From Candidatus Izemoplasmatales bacterium (GTDB lineage: Bacteria > Bacillota_I > Bacilli_A > Izemoplasmatales > Hujiaoplasmataceae), in assembly GCA_050949045.1 (NCBI GenBank), contig JBMNEZ010000001.1:1088001-1152000 (forward strand): a DNA stretch of 64,000 nucleotides, given 5' to 3'. Below the pieces are notes generated by a model, which saw only the letters and a list, made by a program, of their open reading frames with translations, was not told where the DNA came from and did no database searches. Of this stretch, positions 50,890 through 60,494 are shown piece by piece. A program made the position numbers and the translations under genes. Position 1 is the stretch's first letter. Every line of letters begins with the position of its first letter.

Positions 50890-52299
50890 TTACTTGATCT
50901 CCAAATTGGCTTCGGCGATCGGCTGATACAGATGGATCGGATATTTACCGTTGAAACAGGCAAGGCAGTAATGGTTCGGTTTTCTTCCGACCGCCTCAAT
51001 CATTCCCTTGGTAGATAGAAATGCAAGCGAGTCGGCTTTGATGATTTCTTTGACTTCGGCGATTGTTTTGTGTGCGGATATTAATTCAGAATAAGTCGAA
51101 AAGTCGACCCCGTAAAAGCAAGGATAGCGAATTTCCGGGGAAGCAATCCGGATATGGATCGCCTTCGCGCCCGCGCCCCTTAACAAGCGGATCAATTGCT
51201 TGATGGTCGTTCCACGGACGATCGAATCATCGACCAAGACCACCCTTTTACCTTCAATGACCGGTTTGATTGTGGATATTTTTAAACTAACAGCTTCTTC
51301 CCGTAGATTTTGGAAAGGCTCGATGAAAGTTCTTTCAGCGGATTTGTTCTTGATCATCGCGAGTTCAAGAGGAATATGGGAGGCTTCGCTGTAGCCGACA
51401 GCGGCGCTCATGCCGGAATCGGGAACGCCGATCACCATGTCTGCGTCCGCCGGCGCCTCTTCTGCGAGACGCGCCCCGCAGGCCTTGCGGGCATGATAGA
51501 CGTTGATGCCCTCGATCTGGCTGTCCGGCCTGGAGAAATAAACATATTCCATCATGCACATCTGGTGGCGCTTTTCTTGGGAATAGTCTTCGCTCACTAT
51601 TTCATCTAATGTTATTTTAATCACTTCCCCCGGATTGACATCACGAAGAAAGGTGGCGCCGATCATGTCGAACGCGCATGTCTCGCTTGCGACCACGATG
51701 GCGCCGCCGGGCATTTCGCCGAGCGATAGCGGTCGCAGACCGCGTTTGTCCAAAGCGACATACATTTCTTTTTCTTGTAAAAGCAAAAAAGCGAAGGCGC
51801 CCTCCAAATACAAAAGCGATTCCTTCAGTCTTTCCAGCATCGTGCCTCGGTGGCGTTTCAACAAATGAGCGATGATCTCGGTATCGGAGGTCGTTTGGAA
51901 GATGCTGCCTTGTCGTTCAAGGTGTTCCTTGAGGACCATCGCGTTGACGATATTGCCGTTGTGGCACAAGCCCAGGGATCCCGTTTGCGAATGGAACAGC
52001 AGGGGTTGGACGTTCATGATCCCCCCATGGCTAGAGGCCGAGTAACGGACATGGCCGATCGCATGAATGCCTTTTAGAGCTTTTAGATCTTCAGCTTTGA
52101 AGACGTTGCGCACAAAGCCCTCGTTCTTCCGCTGTTTGAGCTGGGTTCCGTCCGAAGACAGAATGCCTGCGCCCTCCTGCCCCCGGTGCTGCAGGGCGTT
52201 TAGGGCATGAAAAGCGATGTTCGCGGCTTCCGGATGATTGAAGATACCGAATACGCCGCACTCTTCATTGATTTTCCTGTTTCTGTTTAAAACCATCAT
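50890..52299 (-). CDS. purF: Amidophosphoribosyltransferase
   Basis: Propeptide + CGVFG, LQHRGQE, VDDSIVRGTT, Fe-S Cys motifs. Confidence 0.97.
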   Translation of the reverse strand: MMVLNRNRKINEECGVFGIFNHPEAANIAFHALNALQHRGQEGAGILSSDGTQLKQRKNEGFVRNVFKAEDLKALKGIHAIGHVRYSASSHGGIMNVQPLLFHSQTGSLGLCHNGNIVNAMVLKEHLERQGSIFQTTSDTEIIAHLLKRHRGTMLERLKESLLYLEGAFAFLLLQEKEMYVALDKRGLRPLSLGEMPGGAIVVASETCAFDMIGATFLRDVNPGEVIKITLDEIVSEDYSQEKRHQMCMMEYVYFSRPDSQIEGINVYHARKACGARLAEEAPADADMVIGVPDSGMSAAVGYSEASHIPLELAMIKNKSAERTFIEPFQNLREEAVSLKISTIKPVIEGKRVVLVDDSIVRGTTIKQLIRLLRGAGAKAIHIRIASPEIRYPCFYGVDFSTYSELISAHKTIAEVKEIIKADSLAFLSTKGMIEAVGRKPNHYCLACFNGKYPIHLYQPIAEANLEIK

Positions 52300-53027
52300 A
52301 CAGTGCCCTCAATCGCGGTTTTGATGCGCTTCAGGATTTCTTCGTAAGCTTCTCCGATATTCCCAAGGTCACGGCGGAAACGATCTTTGTCCAGCTTCTT
52401 CCTGGTGCTCTTGTCCCAAAAGCGGCATGTGTCGGGCGAAATCTCGTCGGCAAGCAGGATAACGCCATTCCTGTCTTTGCCGAACTCGAGTTTTAAATCA
52501 ACGAGCAAAATACCGATCTTGTCCATGAAGTCCTGGAGGAGACGGTTGACCTCCATGGCAGTTTTCTTGATCAAAGCAAGCTCCGCATAGGTGGCGATGC
52601 CCATCGCCACCGCATGATCTTCGTTGATTAGAGGATCCTGATATTCGTCGTTCTTGTAACAAAGTTCATAGATCGTGTTGGACGGCGTGATGCCTTCCAT
52701 GAGGCCAAGCCGTTTGGCCATGCTGCCGGCGATCACGTTTCTGATGATGACTTCGATTTTGATGATCGACACCTTGCGGCAGAGCTGTTCCCGATCATCA
52801 AGCCGTTTGACGAGATGAGTAGCGATCCCTCTTTTTTGTAGGTAAGCGAAAATCATCGACGTGATTTCATTGTTAATCAAGCCTTTGTTTTCAATCGTTG
52901 ATTTCTTGATGCCGTTGAAAGCCGTCGCGTCGTCTTTGTAACGGATGATCACATAGCCGGGATCCGTTGTTGCAAAGACCTGTTTGGCTTTGCCTTCATA
53001 GATCATTTGTTTTTTTTCGGGATTCAT
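52296..53027 (-). CDS. purC: SAICAR synthetase
   Basis: YEGKAK, KLEFG, LADEISPDTCRFWD. Confidence 0.97.
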   Translation of the reverse strand: MNPEKKQMIYEGKAKQVFATTDPGYVIIRYKDDATAFNGIKKSTIENKGLINNEITSMIFAYLQKRGIATHLVKRLDDREQLCRKVSIIKIEVIIRNVIAGSMAKRLGLMEGITPSNTIYELCYKNDEYQDPLINEDHAVAMGIATYAELALIKKTAMEVNRLLQDFMDKIGILLVDLKLEFGKDRNGVILLADEISPDTCRFWDKSTRKKLDKDRFRRDLGNIGEAYEEILKRIKTAIEGTV

Positions 53028-56000
53028 CTGCTTTTGCTCCTTTTCAAGTATTCGACCGCCGACTCGAAAATCGGCTGTCCTTGATATTCGGGATAGTTCT
53101 TGTATAAATTAGGACCATGGCGTTCCGAATGCGCCATTTTCCCAAGAATCAGTCCATCGGGGCTGAGGATCCCCTCGATGGCGTACATTGATCCGCTTGG
53201 ATTTTCCGGCATCGACATCGTCGCCTTGCCGGCCGGGTCCACGTATTGGGTTGCGATCTGATGATTGTCAAGCAGACGTTCCAATGATTTCTGGTTGGCC
53301 ATGAATCTGCCTTCTCCATGGGAGACTGGAATTGTGTGGATCATTCCGGGTTCGAGTTTCCAAAACCACGGGCTCCTATTGGTCACAACTTTGGTTCTGA
53401 CCATTGTGGAGACGTGTCTTCCAATCAGGTTGCGCGAAAGTGTCGGACTGTTTTTATTGGCAGAACCTAGCCGCCCCCACGGCAACAAGCCGCTTTTAAT
53501 CAATGCTTGGAAGCCATTGCAGATGCCTAGGATAAGGCCTCTTCTCGCCAAAAGCCGTTCGATGGCGCCCTTCACATATGGATTCAGGAGTACTGCGGCT
53601 ATATACTTGCCGGATCCACCCGATTCATTATCGGAGTTGAAACCTCCCGACAACATTAATATATCGGCTTCATCAATTGCCTGGACTATTTTTTGAATCG
53701 ATTCCCTGATGGCAAACTGGTTTTGGGTTTTAAAAACAAATACATTTGTGCTGGCCCCCGCCATGTTGAAGGCGGCCTCGGAATCCATTTCGCAGTTGGT
53801 TCCAGGAAAAACGGGAATGAAGACCTTCGGAACATAGCTGGTCAGGGAAGGCAATTCCCAACTTATCTCATGTGTCAAAATGGTTGGCGTGGTATCTGTA
53901 CTTGCAATTGTCGGTGCGAATAACTCGGAAAAAGTCTGGCTGTTGGCTTTGAGCGCATCTTGCAACGACAGTTCTAGAGAAGAAAATCTAATCGTTGGCT
54001 TGGCTGACGTTTGCCCTAGCAAACAAAACAAACCAGAATCGATCGCCTGAGTTGTTTCAATGACCAAGCCGCCATAAGCGGGTTTTTGCCAGGTGTCGAG
54101 CGGCGCATCCTCGGCTCCTTCGAAGCCGATCAGATTGCCAAATCCCATTTTGACTACTGCTTCAATCCAGCCGCCGGCTTTGATCGCATACGCTGATAAG
54201 ACGATACCCTGAGAATTCAGCTTGCTAATTGTCCGTGATGCTTCTAAGATCTCTTGATGTAGGGGAAGCCCAGCTTCATCGGTTTTTGGACAAAAAAGAT
54301 AAACAGGATGCCCGGAGCCTTTGAATTGTGGAGAAATCACCCGGTCCGCCATCCCGGGAGTAAGAGCGAAGGCAAGCAGAGTCGGCGGCACATGCAAGTC
54401 GTGGTAAGATCCGCTCATGGAATCCTTCCCGCCTATCGCCGGCGTCATGAAGTCTGTTTGCGCCCGAAGCGCTCCCAGAAGCGCTTGCAAGACCATACCC
54501 CAATTTCTCGGGTCTTTTCCGAGGCGCCGAAAATATTCCTGCAACGACAGTCTGGTCTTGCTTATGTCGCCGCCGACCGCGATGGCTTTAGCCAACGCTT
54601 CAACTACGGCAAGGTAAGCGCCACGATAGGGAGAAGCGCTCAACTGATCCGGATCGCCGCCAACAGTCATGATCGTCACCACTTGTGTTTTCCGGTCTTT
54701 TGTCGGTAATATCTGGACCGAAGCGTCGACCTCGGTCATTTGGGTCTTCCCGCCAAACGGCAATAAGACCGTCGTTCGGCCGATGGTCGAGTCAAAATGC
54801 TCGATCATTCCCTTTTGCATCGCGATACCTGGTTTTTTCAGCCAGTCAAGGATAAAAGAAGCGGTGATCCTTGACTGCCTTGTGTCCAAATTGCTTTTTT
54901 TCAATGTGTCTTTGACAAAAACATCATTGTGTTGTCGAACCCCGTTGGTGTCAATGAATGTCCTTTCGATATCAACCACGACTTGGCCGTTCTTTTTCAT
55001 GACAAGACGATTATCACCGGTGACGTCTGCCACATGGTGGATCGTCAGATTCTCTCTCGATGCATAATGTTCAAGCAATTCGTAATCGCCGGGGTCAATG
55101 ACGAGCGCAAGTCGTTCCTGCGATTCTGAAATGGCTAGTTCGGTTGCGGAAAGCCCTTGATATTTTGTCGGGACCTTGTCAAGATCAATCAATAAACCCT
55201 GAGCGAGTTCGCCGATTGCGACAGCCACGCCACCGGCACCGAAATCATTGCTTTTTTTGATGATCCGTGTCACTTCGGGATAACTGAACAGCCGCAAAAG
55301 TTTTCTTTCGATCATAGGGTTGCCTTTTTGAACTTCGCTCGATGAAAGTTTCAGCGAAGAAACGGTATGGGCTTTCGATGAGCCGGTTGCGCCGCCGATA
55401 CCATCTCTGCCGGTTTCGCCACCGACTAGGATGACCAAGTCTCCGGGAGCCGGTCTGGCCCTTATGACGTCGCTTCTTCTAACGGCTCCGACGACAGCGC
55501 CGACCTCCATTCGCTTCGCAACATATCCAGAATGATAGAGTTCTCGGACATAGGTCGTTGCCATTCCGATCTGATTGCCGTAGGATGAAAATCCTAAGGC
55601 CGCTTTTTTGGAGATGACCCGTTGTGGCAGTTTCCCGGGAATAGTGTCGGAAACTTTTTCCATCACGTTTGCTGCCCCGGTGACACGCAAGCCCTGATAG
55701 ACGACGCTTCTGCCGGACAAGGGGTCGCGAATGGCTCCCCCAAGGCAGGTTGACGCTCCGCCGAACGGCTCAATCTCGGTCGGATGGTTATGGGTTTCGT
55801 TTTTGAACATCACAAGATAGTCTTCGCCTTCGACGTCGTAAATGACGCTGGCGGCGTTGACTTCCTCGGAAATTTCAATATTGTGATCAGGATATTTCAT
55901 CCTGAACCATTTGGCATAGATCGTCGCCACATCCATCAGTGTCATTGGGTGGTCGTTTTTTCCTAGTTCGCTTCGGTACCTCTGGTAAAGGGCAAAAGCC

Positions 56001-56728
56001 TCTTTGATCGGGGTGGCGGTGGCTTCAATCTCGATGTTGTCAAGTGCCGTCTCAAAAGTAGTGTGACGGCAGTGGTCGGACCAATAAGTGTCGAGCACCC
56101 TAATCTCTGTTTCTGTCGGATCCCGATCAACTTTTTGAAAATAGTTCTGAATCCACTGAATGTCTTCTTCCGACATAGCGAGTCCCAACTCTTTTTGCAT
56201 GAGTTTGAGCCTTTCCCTGTCCCAACTTCTAAACCCCTCATAGATGCTAGTCGAAGGTTCCTTGTTTATCGGGGGAATCCTTGGGGGCAACGAAAGGTCG
56301 ACTTCCTCGGAATCGACAGGGTTGATCACATATTTCCTCAAAAGGTTCAAATCGGACAAGTCAATCGGCTTGAACAGGTACAATTCCCTGGTTTGGACCG
56401 TCACAGCGTTTTTCCCAAGGATTAGTTGAATACACTGCCTTGCAAAATCCGCTTTCTGGTCAAACTGCCCGGAAAGGTAGCCGAATGCGAGGCTGCCGTT
56501 GGCCTCGATCGGGATTTCCGAACGAATCAGGTCGGAGACGCGTTCGCCAAACACTCTCCATTTGAGTGATTCTACCTCTTTTAGAGTACAACCGAAAATC
56601 TCGTAAACGTAAAGCCGTCGAAAATTAAACAGTTCGAGTCCGATATCATCATAGATTTGTTTTTTCAACTGCTTCGTATCATTGTCGAACTCCGGTTTTT
56701 TTTCGACAAACAACCGTCTTCCCGTCAT
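53024..56728 (-). CDS. purL: FGAM synthase, large single-chain form
   Basis: DTYWSDHCRH, KNETHNHPTEIEPFGGA, C-terminal glutaminase GICNGFQ, SHGEGRF, HSER. Confidence 0.96.
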   Translation of the reverse strand: MTGRRLFVEKKPEFDNDTKQLKKQIYDDIGLELFNFRRLYVYEIFGCTLKEVESLKWRVFGERVSDLIRSEIPIEANGSLAFGYLSGQFDQKADFARQCIQLILGKNAVTVQTRELYLFKPIDLSDLNLLRKYVINPVDSEEVDLSLPPRIPPINKEPSTSIYEGFRSWDRERLKLMQKELGLAMSEEDIQWIQNYFQKVDRDPTETEIRVLDTYWSDHCRHTTFETALDNIEIEATATPIKEAFALYQRYRSELGKNDHPMTLMDVATIYAKWFRMKYPDHNIEISEEVNAASVIYDVEGEDYLVMFKNETHNHPTEIEPFGGASTCLGGAIRDPLSGRSVVYQGLRVTGAANVMEKVSDTIPGKLPQRVISKKAALGFSSYGNQIGMATTYVRELYHSGYVAKRMEVGAVVGAVRRSDVIRARPAPGDLVILVGGETGRDGIGGATGSSKAHTVSSLKLSSSEVQKGNPMIERKLLRLFSYPEVTRIIKKSNDFGAGGVAVAIGELAQGLLIDLDKVPTKYQGLSATELAISESQERLALVIDPGDYELLEHYASRENLTIHHVADVTGDNRLVMKKNGQVVVDIERTFIDTNGVRQHNDVFVKDTLKKSNLDTRQSRITASFILDWLKKPGIAMQKGMIEHFDSTIGRTTVLLPFGGKTQMTEVDASVQILPTKDRKTQVVTIMTVGGDPDQLSASPYRGAYLAVVEALAKAIAVGGDISKTRLSLQEYFRRLGKDPRNWGMVLQALLGALRAQTDFMTPAIGGKDSMSGSYHDLHVPPTLLAFALTPGMADRVISPQFKGSGHPVYLFCPKTDEAGLPLHQEILEASRTISKLNSQGIVLSAYAIKAGGWIEAVVKMGFGNLIGFEGAEDAPLDTWQKPAYGGLVIETTQAIDSGLFCLLGQTSAKPTIRFSSLELSLQDALKANSQTFSELFAPTIASTDTTPTILTHEISWELPSLTSYVPKVFIPVFPGTNCEMDSEAAFNMAGASTNVFVFKTQNQFAIRESIQKIVQAIDEADILMLSGGFNSDNESGGSGKYIAAVLLNPYVKGAIERLLARRGLILGICNGFQALIKSGLLPWGRLGSANKNSPTLSRNLIGRHVSTMVRTKVVTNRSPWFWKLEPGMIHTIPVSHGEGRFMANQKSLERLLDNHQIATQYVDPAGKATMSMPENPSGSMYAIEGILSPDGLILGKMAHSERHGPNLYKNYPEYQGQPIFESAVEYLKRSKSR

Positions 56729-56763
56729 TTTCCAACCTGCCTTTGTTCATCATTTATCCGATT

Positions 56764-57255
56764 TTATAGATCAACGTCAGCCTCAAGCACTTTGTTTTTT
56801 TGTTCAAGCTGGAATAATCGCAGTTTTTCTCTAAGTTTTTCGTTCTCGAGAGCGAGAATGCGAAGCGCGAACAGCGCCGCGTTTTTCGCCCCAGACTCGC
56901 CGATCGCAAAGGTAGCCACCGGAACTCCTGAAGGCATCTGCACAGTGGACAAAAGCGCGTCCAATCCGCTAAGAGGCGTCCCTGACAAGGGCACACCCAG
57001 AATCGGAATCAAGGTTTTCGAAGCCATCATGCCGGCAATGTGGGCTGCGGCTCCCGCTCCGGCTATCACCACTTTGATTCCGCGTGCTGGAAGGCCTTCC
57101 GCATATTTAAACATCTCATCCGGTGTCCGATGGGCGGAGATGATCCGCACTTCGGATGAAACCTCGAAACGGTCAAGGATCTCCTTCGCTTTGACCATCA
57201 CCGAAAAATCGGATTTACTGCCCATGACAACGCTGACAACTGGATTCATAGACAC
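56764..57255 (-). CDS. purE: N5-CAIR mutase
   Basis: MGSKSD, SAHRTP, VQMPSGVPVAT. Confidence 0.96.
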   Translation of the reverse strand: MSMNPVVSVVMGSKSDFSVMVKAKEILDRFEVSSEVRIISAHRTPDEMFKYAEGLPARGIKVVIAGAGAAAHIAGMMASKTLIPILGVPLSGTPLSGLDALLSTVQMPSGVPVATFAIGESGAKNAALFALRILALENEKLREKLRLFQLEQKNKVLEADVDL

Positions 57256-57273
57256 TCTCCTTTAAAAGATAAT

Positions 57274-57390
57274 AAAAAGCGCGGCTGAAAGAGGCGTCCG
57301 CGTCAATACGCAAAAAACTCCTCTCATAGTCTGTGCATTTAAGGCGCACAGGTAGATACTTTGGGACCATATCACCCAGATTATACGAGA
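57274..57390 (-). ncRNA. Purine (guanine-type) riboswitch with terminator
   Basis: UCUCGUAUAAU..AUAUGG..GUAUCUAC..CCUUAAA..GACUAUGAGA; discriminator C; gcgg/ccgc hairpin + U run before purE RBS. Confidence 0.92.
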
Positions 57391-57448
57391 CAAGACCTTT
57401 GTTTATTCGCGCTTGGCTATCACTAAGTCCAAGCTTTGTTACAGTTTG

Positions 57449-57477
57449 ATATTATCATTAAGCATGCGGAATTGCAA
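57449..57477 (-). promoter_or_regulatory. Sigma-A promoter of pur operon
   Basis: TTGCAA-17 nt-TAATAT with TG extension. Confidence 0.65.
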
Positions 57478-57550
57478 AGGGTGAAAGCGCTTTTGTCAAA
57501 AGAAAACGCTTGCGGTGAGAAAGTGCAGAGATCGATTTACAAATATTGTT

Positions 57551-58183
57551 TCAAGCGTCAATCCACTTGGGGTCATCAGGATTGTTTTGAAAGGCGATGC
57601 ATTTCCCAAGATCGCTGTTTTCAATATAATTCTTTTCAACGGCTACTTTGACCAACGATTGAAAATCAGTTAAAGAGTGATTGATGAGGTTTGCATCCCT
57701 TAGTCTTTTTTCGGATTTTGAGAGATTGTAGGTGAAGATCGAAGCTATTCCGAGAACAACCAGTCCGGCTGAACGAAGAACATTGACGATGGCGATGACA
57801 CTGCCTCCTGTCGAGATCAGGTCCTCAACCACGACTACCTTCGTTCCCGGCTTGAAGAACCCTTCGATCTGATTGGTTCTTCCATGATCTTTGGCTTCGC
57901 TTCGGGCATAACCCATCGGTAAGGCCAATTTGTCGGCCACGATCGCCGCATGGGGGATGCCGGCGGTAGCCGTGCCGATAATGGCCTCGGCATCCGGATA
58001 ATGAGTTTTGATCAACTGAACGAGTCCGTCTTCGACTCTGTCACGCACCTTTGGATAAGACAAGATCAAACGGTTGTCGCAATAGATCGGGCTTTTGATG
58101 CCGCTCGCCCATGTGAAGGGCGCTTGCGGCGACAAAAAGACCGCTTTAATTTCAAGTAATAGAGCTGCTATCTCGCTTTTCAT
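57551..58183 (-). CDS. pyrE: Orotate phosphoribosyltransferase
   Basis: FTWASGIKSPIYCDNR, VVEDLISTGGS. Confidence 0.96.
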   Translation of the reverse strand: MKSEIAALLLEIKAVFLSPQAPFTWASGIKSPIYCDNRLILSYPKVRDRVEDGLVQLIKTHYPDAEAIIGTATAGIPHAAIVADKLALPMGYARSEAKDHGRTNQIEGFFKPGTKVVVVEDLISTGGSVIAIVNVLRSAGLVVLGIASIFTYNLSKSEKRLRDANLINHSLTDFQSLVKVAVEKNYIENSDLGKCIAFQNNPDDPKWIDA

Positions 58184-58187
58184 CCAA

Positions 58188-58871
58188 CTATTCCTCCAAT
58201 ATCTTAAGATAGGTTTCAAGCGGGTTATTCGCCCTAGTGATTGACCGCCCGACAACGATGTAATCAGCCCCTAGACGATAGGCGTCTTTTGGCGTTGTGA
58301 TCCGTTGCTGGTCATCTTTGGAATCGCTTTCTAGTCTGATCCCCGGAGTGACGGTCAAAAAGCCTTTACGGGTCGCCTCTTTGATCAAAGGAACTTCGTG
58401 CGCTGAACAAACCACACCATCCAAACCCGCTTTCTCAGCTAAAAGCGAATAACTTCTAACTGTATCCTTCAAATCCTTGTCAATAAGCAATTCTTCTCTC
58501 AGTGTGCTTTGATCGATCGAAGTCAAAACTGTGACCGCTAACAGTTTGGTTTTTGAACCACTCTGGTCAAGCCCAGACCTGGCTGCTTTCATCATCGCAA
58601 GTCCTCCGCTTGCGTGGACGTTGACCATATCCGCGCCCAGTCTTCCGAGATTGACCATGGCCTTTTCCACGGTATTGGGAATGTCATGCAATTTTAAATC
58701 AAGAAAAAGAGGATATCCCTGTTCTTTCAACCATTTGATCAATTCCGGCCCCTCACAGTAGAACATTTCCATGCCGATTTTGAGCATCGGCCTTTCGTTC
58801 CCGAATCCTTTCAGGAAGGTGGTCAATGTTTCTTTGTTTTTGAAATCACAAGCGATGATGACTGTTTTCAT
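58188..58871 (-). CDS. pyrF: OMP decarboxylase
   Basis: FLDLKLHDIPNT, TPGIR, VVGRSIT. Confidence 0.97.
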   Translation of the reverse strand: MKTVIIACDFKNKETLTTFLKGFGNERPMLKIGMEMFYCEGPELIKWLKEQGYPLFLDLKLHDIPNTVEKAMVNLGRLGADMVNVHASGGLAMMKAARSGLDQSGSKTKLLAVTVLTSIDQSTLREELLIDKDLKDTVRSYSLLAEKAGLDGVVCSAHEVPLIKEATRKGFLTVTPGIRLESDSKDDQQRITTPKDAYRLGADYIVVGRSITRANNPLETYLKILEE

Positions 58872-59778
58872 GAGCTCCTCCTATCATTGAATTGATTGAA
58901 TCCCAGCCTAATTCTTCCATAAGTTTAGGCAAGCGGTCGATTATTTTCTTGCAGGCCAAAGGATCTCTCAGATTCGCGCTGCCAACACCGACGCAAGTGG
59001 CGCCCGCAAGGATGAAATCGAGGACGTCCTCAGCGTTCATAACGCCGCCCATGCCGATGATCGGGATTTGGACGGCCTTATATACCTGATATACCATCCT
59101 AATCGCCACCGGTTTGATAGCCGGTCCGGATAAACCGCCTGTCAGGTTGCCAAGGATCGGGCGCCTGGTCTTCCGGTCGATCACCATGCCGATCAGGGTG
59201 TTGATCAGGGAGAGCGCATCCGCTCCGGCAGCTTCCGCCGCCCGAGCGATCAAGACGATATCGGTAACGTTCGGACTGAGTTTTACGATCAGCGGTTTGG
59301 CTGATATCTGTTTGCATCTTCTAATTAAAGTGCTTGTCTGTTCAGGATCGACACCAAAGGCCATCCCGCCGGAAGCGACATTCGGACAGCTGATGTTGAT
59401 CTCGTAAGCGCCGATTTCTTTACAGGAATTCAACTTTTCGATCACACTGAAGTATTCTTCAAATGTGCGCCCGGCAACGTTGGCGATGATTTGTTTATGG
59501 TAAACTTCGGCGATTTTTGGCATTATCTCGGAGACGGCATGGTCGACTCCCGGATTTTGCAGGCCGATCGCATTCAAAAGTCCGCCTGCCGTTTCCGCTA
59601 TCCTTGGGGTTTTGTTGCCAAAACGGGGATAAATAGTGATCGCTTTGGTCGTGAACGAGCCAAGCAGGTTCAAATCGTAGAAGCGGGCAAATTCAAGGCC
59701 GAAGCCAAATGTGCCCGATGCAGGGATGATGGGATTGTCGAGAGACATCCCGAGAAAGTCAACCTTCAGTTTTCCCAT
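58846..59778 (-). CDS. pyrD: Dihydroorotate dehydrogenase 1B catalytic subunit
   Basis: ASGTFG, NAIGLQNPG, NISCPN, KLSPN, GGLSG. Confidence 0.95.
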   Translation of the reverse strand: MGKLKVDFLGMSLDNPIIPASGTFGFGLEFARFYDLNLLGSFTTKAITIYPRFGNKTPRIAETAGGLLNAIGLQNPGVDHAVSEIMPKIAEVYHKQIIANVAGRTFEEYFSVIEKLNSCKEIGAYEINISCPNVASGGMAFGVDPEQTSTLIRRCKQISAKPLIVKLSPNVTDIVLIARAAEAAGADALSLINTLIGMVIDRKTRRPILGNLTGGLSGPAIKPVAIRMVYQVYKAVQIPIIGMGGVMNAEDVLDFILAGATCVGVGSANLRDPLACKKIIDRLPKLMEELGWDSINSMIGGAHENSHHRL

Positions 59779-60494
59779 ATGATCTCCTTGGCAGCGAAGA
59801 CCGGCCCATCGAAACAGACTTGTTTGGGCCCTTCGCTGGTTAAAATGGTACAGCCCACACAGGCGCCGAAACCGCAACCCATTCGCTCTTCAAGCGATAT
59901 CTGTCCGTCGGGGTTTTCCTTGGCTATCGCCTTTAGCATCCCGAGCGGCCCCACCGCATAGTAGGGAACCGATTGCCATTCGTTCTGGCACCGAGTGATG
60001 TTGCCTTTTAGTCCCAATGATCCGTCTATCGTTGTCACAATTACTTTGCCGAAACTGGAAAACTCCGGGATGAGAAATGTCTCCTCTCGGCTTTGAAATC
60101 CCAGGATTATCGTCATTTTCTTATTCATTGATGCCAGGGTTTTTGCCAATCCATAGAGCGGCGGGATCCCTGTTCCGCCTCCGATAAGGCAGACGTCGCC
60201 TGGTTGATCGTCAAACTTGAAGCCGTTCCCGAGTTGTTCAAGAACATCAAGGCCGGTTCCGGGAGTCATCTTTGAGAGCAATTGGGTTCCGGTTCCAACC
60301 ACCTTATAGATGATTTTCAGGCGGTCTTTGTCGGATTCCATGATGGAAAAGGGTCTCCTGAGAAACAATTCGACTCCCTGATTGATCTGGATCATGACGA
60401 ATTGTCCGGGCTTATGCGCTTTGGCCCCCGACAGTTCGAGTTGATAGATGGCTTTAGCGATCGGAAGGTTACTTACAATTGTTAAAAGACTCAT
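59766..60494 (-). CDS. pyrK: Dihydroorotate dehydrogenase electron-transfer subunit
   Basis: PGQF, RRPFS, GGGTGIPP, SLEERMGCGFGACVGC..C.DGPVF; start uncertain. Confidence 0.92.
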   Translation of the reverse strand: MSLLTIVSNLPIAKAIYQLELSGAKAHKPGQFVMIQINQGVELFLRRPFSIMESDKDRLKIIYKVVGTGTQLLSKMTPGTGLDVLEQLGNGFKFDDQPGDVCLIGGGTGIPPLYGLAKTLASMNKKMTIILGFQSREETFLIPEFSSFGKVIVTTIDGSLGLKGNITRCQNEWQSVPYYAVGPLGMLKAIAKENPDGQISLEERMGCGFGACVGCTILTSEGPKQVCFDGPVFAAKEIIWEN

